The notes under the pieces are model-generated. The model made no database searches. It was not told the DNA's origin and worked only from the letters and a program-made list of their open reading frames with translations. A stretch of DNA of 59,657 nucleotides, counting the filler, from Piptocephalis cylindrospora (lineage: Eukaryota): the NCBI GenBank assembly GCA_003614145.1. It is 6 parts of 6 records of this genome, joined end to end, with 100 filler letters (N's around TTAATTAATTAA, not from the genome) between each part and the next. Parts side by side here need not be neighbours in the genome. Positions count along the whole stretch, not along the records: positions 19,946 to 29,806 come from KZ988062.1; positions 29,907 to 39,765 come from KZ988063.1; 4 more parts are not named here. One strand, 5' to 3'. Positions 23,192-36,700 of this stretch are shown one piece after another (position 1 is the first letter of the stretch; each line of letters starts with the position of its first letter). The translations under genes were made by a program, and so were the position numbers.

Positions 23192-26100
23192 TTAAGAAGC
23201 AGTAGAGATAACCTCAGCAGTGGTAGTTGTGGCCGGGGTCGAGGAGGAGGTCACGGGGATCTCTGGGTCGATATCCTTAGGTCCAGACGCCTTGACATCC
23301 TCCACTCCAGAATCGGCCACCCCAGAGTCGGTAGCCTTGACATCGGAAACCTTGGTAGCTTCATCCTCAGAATCAGAGAGGGATATGTCATCTTCACTAA
23401 AGTCACTCTCCTCATTCTGTGGCCCCTTACTCTTCTCCCGGATGGAGGCCTCATCCTCGGTGTCCGACAGGGGAATATCCTCACTTCCATCGCTTTCCAG
23501 AGCCCTTTGATTGGGCTCCTTGCCCTTAGCATTATCATTATCATCGTCATCATCATCATAATCGCTCAAATTGTCCTCCCTATCACTGCCCTCATCCTCG
23601 ACTGGGGCAAGCGAGGAAGAGGTATCCTCTTTCATGGTGGCAGCCAGCTTATCCATGAAGGATTGGATCTTGAGCTCCTGGATGGACAAGGCCCTTCCAC
23701 GTCCCCCGACCTTGGCCTTGGCGGGAAGCTCATCATCTTCCTCCGATTCCGCACCCTCTCCTCTATCCCCAACCTCCCTCTTCTCCTCCTCCTTGGAGGA
23801 GGGAGATTGAGGAAGGTTCATTTCGTGATCTGGGGTGTCGTATGCGTCGGAACTCTGGGTCAAGGATCCCATGGACTCTACCCGTCCCCCATTTTCGTCC
23901 CCTTTCCTTTCATCCTCCTTATTAAGAGAATGAATTGGAGTGGATACATCTCCCAAGCCTATATCGGAGAACTTGTCCATACGAACCTCATCGTCCCCAT
24001 ACTCCTCAGGCTCAGACTCCAGGGAGGCGTGCTGAGGGATATACAAAGGGGAGATGGTGGAGCGTTCAGTGGGAGAAGGCATGTGGACGGGGGAGGGAGA
24101 AGAGTCATTCAGGGAGATTGATCCAAAGCCTCCTGGATTCCTCTCATCATCGTCCTCATCACTGATGGCGTCATGGGCAAAGGAATTGGATTGGGGCTTG
24201 ACCGCATCCGGAGTTAAGGGAATGTCTACAGCATCTCCCTCTTCCCCATCCTCCCCACCAAGGGTATGGAGAATAGGTGAACCCAAGCTGGCACCCGGGG
24301 GTTGGATGGAAAGGGCCGAGGCTGATGATATAGGTAGCTCGGGGATGGCGGTGGGATCGCCGATAAACTCGGCCGTGGACTGCACCCGTTCATCCCTCAT
24401 ACTAAGATTAGCCTTCTCCTCATCCTCTTCCCCTTCGACCATAACAGCCATTTTAGGAGGAAGAGTGGGTGGGGTGGAGGGGGCGGGAGAAAAATTCATA
24501 GCTGACCGACGCTTCTTCTTAAGATCAGCAGTGGAGGAAGCCCCCTCTCCACCATTGGCCGGGCTTTCAGGAGCCGGGGACCGAGAAGGGGACGAGGGGC
24601 CTGAGGACATCATCATTCTCCATAGACGCTCTTTGGGGCTGGTGGCCTCCTCAACAGGGACTGAGGGAAGAGGCGCATTCATGCGGTCAGGGTTACCTCG
24701 GGTCAGACCTCCGGGTACCTCCTCTTCCTCGTCTTCATTATAAGCATCCGATCTCCTCATCCCCCCCTCCTGAAGGAGATGGGGCCCAACGAGAGCTCGA
24801 CGGTCGACCGGGGAAAAGGCCATAGGGAAAAGGTGAATGAGGTCGCGGATCATGCGTTGAGGATGACGGTCATGAAGAGTAAGCTTAGTATAAGCCTTGG
24901 TACGAAGGAACAAAGGGCCCAGGACATGGGCCAGCTCAGACATGTAGGTATCCTCATAATCCAGATCTTCACACATGCCGTGTAAATGTTGAAGCAGCAC
25001 ATTGATGGTAGTGTAATTGATGGGGGGGATGGTGGCGAGGAGATCCTTGAGGGACCGAATCCTAGCCATTTGATCGCCCTCTTCAGTCTCTATGGAATGA
25101 AGGAAAGAGGGTATAAGTAAGATGAAGAGGAAAAAGCGGACGGAGATCTCCTAAAAGAAACAAATCGTGGACACGTACTCGACATGTACAGAGTCTTGAT
25201 CGGGTAGTAAAGATCATAAGTACACAAGCACTCGGGAAGCTCCATGAGGTAGAGACGTAAAGCACCAATGACAGTGGAGAGCTCATATCGACGAAGCTGC
25301 CTCAGGGTGATCTTTTCTCCTTGGTTCACATCATGTCTCAGGGGATGAACGGCGGCGAGTTGGAGAGGGGCCACCCACCAACTTCTTAGTTCTATAAAAG
25401 GAAAGGTAAAGAGTAGAAGGTAAGTAAGATTCCATATGAACCCATACCTCCGGATACATACCAGCCGCATCATGGTCAGCCATGCCCTTTTCCACTGAGC
25501 TCAAGCACTTGCAGATAAATTGAGGGACTTTTCGCTTAGGGATCCGACATTGTTCATCTAGGCTCACACCAAAAACTTGATCTATATGATGGGGAAAAGG
25601 GGTGAGTCAAGGATGTTTCCAACGATTATAGCACATGACTTCCAGTCCTATGGTTCAATTAAGCCATACCGAGGAAGGACCCATGATAGAAGTTTCGGTA
25701 CAAAAGAGGCTTTGGGGCAAAGGGGCCAGTCTGGTACTGCTCGGCTAGGACTTGAATGTCATACTCTGGCCTCAGGGTTTCAAGGTAGACCATCATGCGA
25801 TCACACATGGCCTGAGTGTGGGGGATGATATTGGAGATGGTGACAGCCAGGGACATGAAGGAGGCCTTGACGGTGTTTATGCGCTCGATCTCAGCCTGCT
25901 GCATGAGACTCATGTGGGAGAAGAGGTTTTGCTCCATGAGCATGCGACTATTCTCGGTGCGGCGGACAGTATCCTTGTAGTTCATGTCAGAGTTCTCTGC
26001 TTCTTTGCGAGCGCGCTTGTGGGCAGCCTCGGCGGCCTCATTCTCGGATTTTTTCCATTGAAACATCTGACCAGACTCGGCACGGAAGACAGAGATACGA

Positions 26101-26885
26101 CGGATCGGCTTAATGTAGCCCTGGCTAAGCATAGCCTGACCCACGGCCTCACCGGCGCGCTCGTCCTCGCACGATTCGGGCCGGGCAGCGCAGAGCCAGT
26201 CGACAATGCCCTCCCCCGACACCGAGTTCTTGTACATGCCAAAGAGAGAAGGGACATCTTTGCTGGGAATCTGGGATTGCATACCGGTCAGGAACTCGTC
26301 CATCTCCGGGAAGGAACCAAAGAGGATAGGGCCGAGCATGGCAGGCTTAAGGGCGCCATCGGCGTCAAGGGTCAGTGAGAGGGGCCGATCAAGAGCAGTT
26401 TCCTCGGCTTGATCGGCCTGTTGGCATTTTCCCTTGTAAGCAGAGTAGGAACGATCGAGTTCAATGAGCTGACGCTCATGCTGTTTGAGACCAGACTCGA
26501 CATCATCCCGGCCGGTCCGCAGCTTCTTTCGATGATCATCGACAAACCGCTGCAGGGGTTTAAGGACCATCTCGGCGATGTTACCGGCCAGCTGACGGTG
26601 AGAGACACCTAGGGAGGCGCACTCCCCACGGATAGAATCAAAGGTCATGCGTAAGGAGGCTCCCTCGTCCCGGGCAAAGCCGTTGGGGGAGAGCTTGGTG
26701 CTGGCCAGGTCGGTAAGTTTGGTAGCGTATTGTTCCTCCAGGGCAATACGCGCGTTCAGGAAGGAGATGATCTCCTCACACTCCACCACACCTTGGAACA
26801 TCTTTTCGTTCAGGGTAGTGACCCCAGGCCGATAGTCCTGGGGGTTCTCCGAAGACCAAAAAAATTCCTCGAAGCGAACAGGCAT
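23192..26885 (-). CDS. F-BAR/DEP/RhoGAP protein (Rgd2/Rga8-like) with a long acidic C-terminal tail, 4 exons
   Basis: F-BAR N-terminus FEEFFWS..GVTTLNEKMFQGVVECEEI, a DEP-like region SGEGIVDWL..GYIKPI, and RhoGAP motifs FGVSL..VPQFI, GALRLYLMELPECL and NYTTINVLLQHL. Confidence 0.85.
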
Positions 26886-28106
26886 TGCAGCTTGGGAATG
26901 AGGGGGGAGAGGGGGGGGGGAATATAGTTGGTATAGGAGGAAGGTATGCTCAGAGATACAAACGGAAGTGGGAAGGAGGAGGGGAGGTGGGAGAAACGGC
27001 GGTGACGGTAAAGAAAGGAGGGAAGAGAGGGCAGCCTGGGGTAGAGGAGAAGAGCGGTGGGGAAATTGAGAGAGCCAAGAGGCAGAGTCGGACTTATAAG
27101 CGGGGGCTGGAGAAAGATGGGATGATAGGCCAACCAGAGGCTAGAGATGGTAAGTGAGAAGGGAATGAGGAGTGATGGCACTGACACTGGCGCTAAATGT
27201 AGAGGAGATGTCTGCCTTCACGAGCAAGCGACACATCTTGAGCACCGCCACCAACCAGCCCTCTCCCCCATTCAAGCCCGGGCGCCAAAGGCAGAGGGAA
27301 AAGATGGACAAATTAGTCGATAAAAATATCACACAATTTGGACGAGGTGCGGCACAGAGACGGGATATTGGTCGTGTGGATCACAGCGACCAGGGGAAGG
27401 AGGGCTCAGTAAGCGTGATAAGAGAGCGATACTAAGTTGAGGAAAGGAGCAAGACTGACGCTGGAGCTATATTTAGCGCCTGTGGCTTTTTTTATAGCCC
27501 ATCCCCTCCCCCCCTACCAAGGAACCTGGTAGTGGTGGTGGTGGATACTGTTGTTTAGGCCAGGAAGAATAGTTGTTGTGTAGGAGGGGATTCGCTTTGG
27601 CTGTATTGCTAGTAATGACAGAAGGGCTGACAGTAGAAGATTGATCGGCGGTTCGTTGAGGGATGGCATGAACGGATCGTTGAAGTTTTTTCAGAAGTTG
27701 GGCAAGTGGCACGGCTTTGGTGCTCGAAATGAGATATAATAATCCATAAAGGCTTCAACGTGGGGCACACCTCAGAAATATGAAATATGCTCAAAGTAAA
27801 ATATATACGTTACGCCTTAAGAAAGGATGATTAAGCGGATCACAGTGCTCGCTTCTCCAGATGCACTAGTTCATCCTCTCTATCCCCACGTCTTTTATAC
27901 GTAAATCTGGTCTACGATTCCAATGATCCATGGATCAGACATCGTTCTTGGGAATATTCACAGATTCTTTGACGTGGCCATCACTTTGATCCGTAATCCC
28001 AAAATCCTATGTATATCCGATGATACATCTCACTCAATGCATTGTGCTTCCAATGAAGACCAAAGATGAAAGAGAGCTGAGAAAGTATACATGACAAGAG
28101 GCTTAA

Positions 28107-28905
28107 TTAGTCGGAATCTTCATCGCTCCCATATTGCACCAATCCAATAGATGGCTTTGGAGGTTCCTTGGCCTCTTCCTTGGAGACTTTGACTTTCTTC
28201 CTCGCCTCCCCTTCATCTTTTCCCTTTCCAGGGCTGGTTGAGGAGGCAGGAGAAGTAGAAGAAGAGGGGACAATAAGCCTAGATTTCTTGACCGTGACGA
28301 TTCGTGAAAGGTCGGCCTCTTTTCGCGTACTCAGACACCACGCGTCTCTTTTGGAGGGCTCCTTGGAGCGGAGGCGCTTCATCGGTCGATCATTTACCCC
28401 TTCCTTGTGGCTTTGGGCCTTCACGGATGGGGATGGGGAGGTATCCCGAGCCTCGGTCAATTCACTATATCCCATTCGAAAAAGAATGAGATTTGCCCTA
28501 ATTCTACACACCACGTCCTCAAGAATCTCACCTGCGAAATTGAGCAAGTGCAGCCTTTTCTTCTTCCTCGAGTGCACGCTCCTTTTTTTTCCGTTCTTCA
28601 ACCATCTCATCTAAGAAATTGGCTTCTTCATTATCCAGACGATGAACGAGGTTGCCGAGGCGCGTCGCCTCCTCAAAGTCTGCCTCCTTACGGTCCCTCT
28701 GCTCCTTGAGACGTTCATACAAGGTTCGAGGATCATAGGGCTCTTCGGGCATAGGTGGAGGATTATCCGCATTCGCATGGGCCCGCTTCCACTCTTCCTC
28801 GCGCCTTGCTCGACTCTGATCCAGGGCATCTTGGGAGACAAAGGACGACTTGATATTGATGGAGGAGGCGGGTGGGGCCTCGCTAGTATAATGAGGAGGA
28901 TCCAT
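28107..28905 (-). CDS. FAM192A/PSME3IP1 (NIP30, Fyv6) family protein
   Basis: SSFVSQ..RREEEW..EEPYDPRTLYERLKEQR..FEE..RLDNEEANFLD. Intron 28465-28531. C-terminus GLVQYGSDEDSD*. Confidence 0.85.
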
Positions 28906-29806
28906 CCTAAGAAGGTACTAGTAGGGATGGTCGAGGTGTAAAGGAGGAATGTCGAGGTTTTAGTGAAAAGAAAAGAAACAACGCTAAAGCATTGTGCGTA
29001 TGTGGGTGTGTGGGCTGCCATTCCAGTATGGTATAGGTGTCTTGATATGAGCCCAACGGTTCTAGTATAGGCGCTTGTGGCGTGTTATATCGCCCTTCTT
29101 AAATGATGAGACGTAAGGTATGGATGGCTTGTATCCTCAGCCACCCCTACGATTGCGGTTTGCGCCCTGTAAGCAAGATAAAACATGCGATACAGTCTCA
29201 TCACCACTACTGCAATGCAATCCTTCCTATTGATATGGGCATTTCACAGGCCGTTAGGGACGGAGCAGTCAGGTTCATTAATGCAACTAGAGTACGACTT
29301 ACAACTCAGCCCAGCCTACAAGTAATGACACACGGCCGCCCCATCCCTTGTCCTCGATATAAAATGCAGCCTAGCCTGGTCAGTACTGCGCAATCCCCGC
29401 CTCGCTCGTTCTTTCCTTTCTTCATCCCCCTTCGTCTCTCCTTGTTGTGTTCCATTTCCCCCTTTTTACCCATTCCATTCTCTCCGTCTTGACCGGCCAA
29501 CTGTATTGGTGACACAGAAGCAAGTCCACACACTACACACGCTAACAAAGGCATAACAAGTGGACGAGTAGCCCTTCCGACTTATTATTAAAAGCCCCGT
29601 CCTTTCATCCCCTCGCCACTTCATAAAAACATTAACAGTTCGCAAGCTCCCTTCCTTTTCAGATTGACACGGATTCTCTACATCTCGTACCCACCTGAGG
29701 CCCAACTCCCTCCGCCCCACCTCCCCCCCCGCGCCCGCCACCCCGGAACCAAACCGGAAAAGGCCCCCGCAAAGGTGTAAAATGAGCCCCCCCCCCACAA
29801 CACCCC

Positions 29807-29906
29807 NNNNNNNNNNNNNNNNNNNNNNNNNNNNNNNNNNNNNNNNNNNNTTAATTAATTAANNNNNNNNNNNNNNNNNNNNNNNNNNNNNNNNNNNNNN
29901 NNNNNN
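29807..29906. other. Artificial contig spacer
   Basis: N44-TTAATTAATTAA-N44. Confidence 0.99.
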
Positions 29907-30540
29907 GGTGGTGGGAGGGAGGACCTGGGGGGGGGGAGGGGGGGGGGTGGGTTCGGCGAGGGTGAGGAGGATAGGGCCTGCCTGGGTATCCCTTGTGTCG
30001 ACTAGGGAGGAGGTGGAAGCACTTTTTTTCCTCGAGCCCTCCTGGACCATACGAGGGGAGAGGTCCAATGGGGCGGGGATATGGGGATGTGAGGCGGCGG
30101 ATTGGACCTCGGTGATGGCCATGGGCGGGAGGATGGAGGAGGGGAGGGAGGAAGGGGCGATGGAAGGATCGAGAGAGGAGGTCGTGGTGGCGGGGGTGGG
30201 AGAGGAGGGGAAGGAGGAAGGATCCTGAAGGGGCATGCCCTCGCTGTACGAGGATTTTCTCTGACCCTGACTCGGGGGGTCGACCCGGTCAAGGGCCTTT
30301 TTCTGGAGTTGCTGGATGGCAGTACGCTGCTTTTCGATGATTTTCCATAATTGGTCATTCTGGGCCCGAAGGGCATCCCTTTCGGCCACGACCTTTTGCA
30401 GGACTGAGGGTAGATCAGCTAAATTAGGCTGCTGACTTGGGGCCGAGGAGGGTCTATCCCCTGGGGGGGGAAGAGTCGGACATGGAGGTCTGGACCGGCC
30501 GGGTGTGCTCCGTAGGCATCACAGGGGTGGGTTCGGACAT
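29907..30540 (-). CDS. 5' part of a probable Bem3-type RhoGAP (N-terminal coiled coil), 3'-truncated, with an apparent frameshift at run 30463-30470
   Basis: ATG at 30540 follows a pyrimidine-rich leader. The downstream frame encodes ERDALRAQNDQLWKIIEKQR, a motif I recall from N-termini of fungal Bem3-like GAPs. The frame runs open into the contig end. Confidence 0.6.
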
Positions 30541-33500
30541 GGTCGAGAGGAGGAGGGGGAGGGGAAGGTGAGGTAGTTTTTTCTTATAGCGGGGTCAACT
30601 ATGTGGTGGAGGTGAAAGGCTGGGCTGGGTCCGTTAAGACGAGCAAGGACACAAAGGAGGGAGAAAGGGCAAGGACCACGCACACACACACGAAACCACC
30701 GTCAATGTGGGGTGTGTGGAGGGATGGTAAGGGGAGGGGGGCTGGTGAGTGGGCTGGATTGGGTTGGGTGGGTGGGCTAGGAAGGACTTGGGGGATGTAG
30801 GATAGCGTTGTTGTTACTGGAAAGATCGAGGAGACCGATAGTACTGATGGGGGTTGGCACTTGACGAGATGGGTTGGAGGGAGGCGCGAATAGCAAAGGA
30901 GAGAGAGGATGGAGGAGGAGAGGGTGAAGGACAGGGAGGTAGAGAGGCAGAGTATGGGGCAAGCGGGGGGAGGGAGGGAGGGAGGGGAATGGGGAAGAGA
31001 AGAGAAGGAGGATAGGGAGGAGGGCCAGGGACGCAGTAGTGTTAGATGAAGGGAGTGCGGGTGGGAGCCCGTTTACGGAAGGGGATGAGATGTGTGGGAG
31101 AGGAAGGCGTGGTGGTGGTGGCGGACGGGGAGGAGGTGGAGGAGGTAGTGGCGGCCGCAGTGAAGGGGGGAGGCTCTAGGGCGCGGGGAACTCACACACT
31201 CCGCTCCGCCCACTATTTGACACACACACACACACACATCTACACACATATATATCTGACAGAGTCCAAGGTGGCCGGATTGAAAAGGCTTGTAGGAGGA
31301 GGGGAGAAGAGGGGAAATGGTCGGCTTTGCACGCCGCTCACACTTGAACACCACACATGAAAGGTCTGGTGCCGTGGATGAATGTGGTAGTTTTTGAAGG
31401 CTCTCTCTCCCTTCCCAGCCTTATTCTCTCACCAGGGGGAATATGGGTGCGCTTGCGTGCCAGATCACTTGGCGGACTCTTTTCCCCTCTTCCTTGATGT
31501 ACAGTATGGTACGCGGAGTCATGCACCAGTGGGAGAGAGTGGATGAGGTGAAGGCTCAAGCGAAAGCCGTGTGAATTTCCGAGATGAAATTTGGCCCATT
31601 TTGGTAGGGAGGTGTGTGATTGAATTGGCCCTAGAGAGAAGGTTGAGAGAGGAGGGGGAGGAAGGAAGAGTGCGGTGTGTCGTGGACAACAGGGTAAATT
31701 GAAGTGATTTAGAAGGATAAAGCCATTCGCGTCTCGTAGGGGGATGGCTCACGGAGAGAAGAGGATAATGTATCGCATAGCTTTTTGCAACACACATCCA
31801 GAGCGAAAGAGAATCCCCGCAGACAATAACGCTAATTCTGGCAGGCGGACTGATAAAGGGAAATAATTTTTGAAGTCAAAGCTTGAAAATCAAAGTTAGG
31901 AGACCAGAAGGAAAGAAAATGACTGAGATGTGGGATCCCCGAGGATTGAATTCGTGATGTTGGGTAGGATGGTAATTCCTCAACCCACTGAGCTATCCAC
32001 TCATCCCCGGGATGACTCACGGATATGGCGGCTTAGACTGGTGGATGATTCATGAATCTTTTCATTGCTTATGAAGCATCCAAGCAGATGGCCTCAACAC
32101 CATGAAAGAGGAGCTGATCTCCTTTGGTCAGGATGCGCTTTCACATGGAACTCCCGTCTTCTCGCCCCTGCCGACTGCATGTACATGCACCCCTGCGTCG
32201 TGCTTTTGGGATAATGATAATCAAGAGTAGTTTACCCGAGACATGGTTCACGACGACCCCCCGGACATTCGCCTCTGGCATGCAGAAGGAGGATCCTATT
32301 ACACTCTAGAATCTCGTCTGTCCGCCGCGATACTTACCATCCCATGCCAAGGATGATCGCCCAGCCTATCTGATCCTTGCTCCTCCTTGGCCCAGCCCCT
32401 ATCTTTCATACCTCCTTGGCCTAGCCCCTGTCCCTCGTACCTCCCCGCATGAATCGACCAATGCGCTACCCCAACATAATCTCCCTGTTCTTCTCCGCTC
32501 TGAAACCTCCGTGGGAATGGTATTTTTGTGTGCAACTCGTCTCCCTGACCGCCTTTATCCTCAGGTCGTTATCGTGGGGTAGAGGACCTTGCTCTGCCCC
32601 TAATCTCTGGGGTACATGGTCAAACCGCTCCCCACGGCCCGGTAAAAACTGCAGTCCTGGGAGGGGTTACTCACCTGCTGGTGCGGTGACCGCTTCTAGG
32701 ATCCTGCGGCAGTCACGTTCTAGATTGGTTGTTTATGGCACTGTGGAGATCCGCCCAAGATAGGCCATTGGTCAGCGGTGGCTCGCTGCCTTGCCCCCTT
32801 CGTGGCCTATATGTGTGTGTGTGCGCTGTGAGATCTCTCATCGGCGTCTCTTTTCTCCCTCTCTCTCTATCTCTCTTTCTTCAGCTCAGCTCAGCCCAGA
32901 CGACCTGGCGCCATTTCACGATGTTATCAGCGGTTGGTGCCCCCCTTCCCCCTTGGTGCAGGACTTGGCTAATTAGTTAGTGCAATCAGTCAGCTTTCTC
33001 GCAAGGATTTTGACCCACATTTCTTGTGCACACACACACGTCCTGAGACCAAGCTGAGCAATTGCACTATGTAATACATACTGATGCTCATCTCCCTCTA
33101 TTCTCCTAGTACAACCAGGGCTCACTGGCGTGGCACCCACTGTACTACCCTCCCCCCATGTCCCAGGTTCATTCCTTCTCAAAGATGCCGAATGTACCGA
33201 GGAGAAAATGTCTTTGTAATGGGAAAGATAGTCTCGCTGTTCCCACCCCACTTCCCCCGCTTCGTCTCTTATTCAAGTCGCATGATCCCCCCTCCCCCAC
33301 CTCCCCTCCCCCATCCTCGCATAGCTTACCCCGCATTGGATTGGGGAAGGGGGGCGCTCCCTTCCTTCTCTTTGCCCAGGGAACCTAGAATGTTTACCCC
33401 ACTCTGCCTCGACCCCGCATACACGGGGACTTTCTCATGTGAGGAGAATGAGCTCAAGTGACTTTTCCCTCCCCCACCTTTTCATTTCCCATCCCACTTC

Positions 33501-33730
33501 CCAGCCCATCGATATCCATCCCTTCATCCATCGTAATCGTCTATAAATACGTCCGCTTTCTTCCAGGGTAGTATCCCCTCAACATCCGTTCCCTCTATCC
33601 TCTGTCCCCTCCTCCCCTCCATCACTTGTCACATTTCCCTATCCTTCGTACCCCCTATCTGCCTATCCCCCCTCATAATCCTTTTGGTCAACCACAGCCC
33701 TTAGCGAATGGTCATCCCTCCCAACAGGAT

Positions 33731-36700
33731 ATGCCCCCCTCCGCTCTACGCGTCGGTCGTTTCCAGACTCAACCAGTCACCAGCTCCTCCTCCTCCTCCT
33801 CGTTTGCCCAGAGCCCGCCATTCCATGAAGGGGGTGGTGGGTATCCTCAGCCTCCATTCCATCACTCCTCGAGGCATCAACGCACCGCCTCTAGCAACTC
33901 AACCTCCTCCTTCGTCTCCCTGCCCCCTCAACCCATCTACGCTGGGGGCCCCATGACCCAGCAGCAATCTCTAAGCACGGATCCCTCTTTAGCCACTGCC
34001 CCCATCAGCCCCTCCACCCCTCCCTCTCCCCGTCCTGCTCGTCATCCACCTAGGGCTCCATCCCATCCTCAAGGTAAGTGGGGAATCCCTCAATACATTA
34101 CTCCGAGCTGGTACAGGTGTCATCCATCATAGATCTTTCCTCTAAACCCCCTCCTCCTACACCCCACATAGCCCATCAAGAATTCACAGGAGGACCAATC
34201 AGTAGGAAATTTCCTGGGGGTATGGGCTCCAGGGATGATCTAAGGACTGATAGTATGGTCGTGGAAACGGGCTCTGAAGGGATGGAGGCCAAGAGACTCT
34301 CCAAAATGACCATCCCCGACGCCCTTCTCGAACGTATGGACACCGTGGCTGCTCAGTTGGAAAATTCCAATGAGAATGAAGTCGAGGAGGATGAGGAGGA
34401 CATTGAGGCTGAAGTGGAGGAGATCAAGACCGGCGCCAGACCCGACGCCATGGTACCCCAGGGCTCAAAGGAAGGCGATACCCACCCCGTACCCTCCTCT
34501 CCCTCCCATCCCAATCCTCCTTGTCCTACTCGTCAAGTCCCCCACTCCCCCATCCATGCATCTCCACCTCCCCCCCTCCATTCAGGGTCCAGAACCTCCC
34601 CTTCAATCTCATCAACCGCAAGATGGTCAAGGGGTCAATGACTATTCCAGAGACTCTACCCCAGAGGTGATTCGACCTTCCCCAATGGGTCATTCTCCCT
34701 CTCCTCAAGGTCATCCTGCTCAAGGGCACGTCCATCCCACTCAAGGACAAGGCTCTCCGTTAAATCATCTTCCCCCTCAAGGCTCTATCCCCTCTCCTAA
34801 TCACCCAGAGCCATCCCAGCCTAACGTGATCATCAACGGCAATGGTTTACCTGTAGAGGGTCATGGAAGGGCCCAGGAAGGTTTGACACGAGTACTGGAG
34901 GAAGGGGCTGAGGATATCACCGGGGATCCCAGTCCCTTATCCCAGGATGATGAAGAGGGTAATGGGAACAATTCTGGGGGACAACAGCCCATCCACCGCA
35001 CCATGTCCAATCTATCTCACTGTAAGGCTTATTTTCTTTTTTTCTTATCATCAAAATGGCCATTTCAACTCAAATTCTCCCCTACCCCCTTCTTGCAGCT
35101 ACCTATCGACAAGGAACCTCTCCGGGCCTACATCCCTCCTCTCCTTCTTCCATTTCCTCTCCCTCATCAGCCTCTTCGTCCTCTTCCTCCCTACCTTTGG
35201 TCCAACCCGTGGTCAAGGGGACCGGCACCATCTTTGGCCCTCCCTTGAGGACCCTAGAGGGGATTCGTGTTCAAGTAGTCTCCTCGGGATGGAGGCAACT
35301 TCGGGAGGGAGGAAAGGAGGTGGCTGTCATCATCCTTTCCGTCCGCCATTCCCGTCGTTCTACCCATTTACATCCTCCGGTCATCGAACGTGTCCAGGGT
35401 AGAGGAAATCCCGAGGATCCCGTTCCCACAAGCCCCGCCCTTCCCGAAAACACTCCCATGTCCCCCATCCCTGAGGAGGACGGGGATGGAGGGGAGGAAA
35501 TGTGGAGAGTGGAGAAGGGCTATGCTGAATTTTCCAACTTGGAGGCTCGCATCAAATCCGCTCATGGTCGTGGTGTTTCCTGGAGGGTGGGTAAGTCCCC
35601 GGACAAATCCCTCTTCTCTGGGGTTTCCCCCCACAAGGTCGATGGAAGGAAGGTAGCCGTGGGTCAGTGGATGGATCGTATCCTCGTGTCCGTTCCTCAT
35701 GACAGTAATGAGGCCATCAAGTTCTTCTCCACCTCCATCATCCGGGTGCCTCCTATGGACGCGGCTGTTATCGCTGTTGGAGAGGGGAGAGCCCTTGCCC
35801 CTGGCTCCTCCATATCTCCGACATCTGGATCCCCGGGTACTCAAATTATTTCAGGTTCTACTAGCGCCACCACCACTGCTACTGTTACGACCACCGCCAT
35901 TACATCTCCCTCCTCGTCCAATCATCTTCCTTCGGCTTCCTCGGCTGGTCAAGGGATCCTTGTAGGAGGTAGACGTCTCTCCGGATCCTCCTCCTCTGGG
36001 ACCCTTGCAGCCGATTCCGCCTTGACCGAGGGCTCCATCCTCCATGAGCCCAGTAGGTACCGGGAGGGGTATTTGACCAAACGAGGAAAGAACTTTGGTG
36101 GCTGGAAAACCCGATACTTTATCCTTCGTTCCTCCACCCTCGAGTACTATGATACCCGGGGCGGAAGTCGTCTTGGGGAAATCCAACTGGATCGGTGTCA
36201 AGTGGCCAAGCAGCAATCCTCCGGATCCAACTCTCACTCTCTCTCTTCCCCCACTGGGGCAGGCGCTCAAGGAGCCTCCTTTTCCACCACCTCCGCTTCC
36301 TCTTCCACCTCCCCCCAGCCCATGGAGGGTCCCAATACCGCAAGTAATTCTCCTTACCGACATGCCTTGATGATCCTAGAGCCCCGGGGTAGGAAGGAGA
36401 TTCACAGGCACGTCCTATGCGCCGAGAGTGATGAGGAACGGGATGCCTGGGTTGCCTCCCTCTCCCTTTACGTCAATCATGGTCGGCCCATCCCTGTTTC
36501 CCCGCCCCATTCTCGGACTGCTCAGGGAGCCGAGCCCATGGTGGGGGGCCAGGGGCCAGGGCCAGGCCAGCAGGCCCCAGGCCAAGCTCCTCCCCCCCTT
36601 GTGTCCGCCAGCGAAGGATCTCCAGTCAGATCGGGGGGTCCAGGCCATGCCCATTCATCCAGCCATGTTGGCGTTGGGTCGGCCGTACCCCCGACCGTGA

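Noticed and set aside
23180..24743. Long antisense ORFs (313 and 229 aa) overlapping the RhoGAP tail, with similar ones over the ATPase, CLU1 and ATP4
   Set aside because: These are shadow ORFs expected from GC-rich codon usage and low-complexity coding sequence, with no independent motifs.
25331..25480. The Rgd2/Rga8-like GAP lacks a canonical G(I/L)YR arginine finger
   Set aside because: As I recall, this subfamily commonly has the divergent 'R..W...L...H.LR' segment, so it is not evidence of novelty.
32330..32340. ATACTTACC resembling the U1 snRNA 5' end
   Set aside because: The downstream sequence lacks U1 stem-loop motifs and an Sm site, and the 9-mer is simply the reverse complement of a splice donor.
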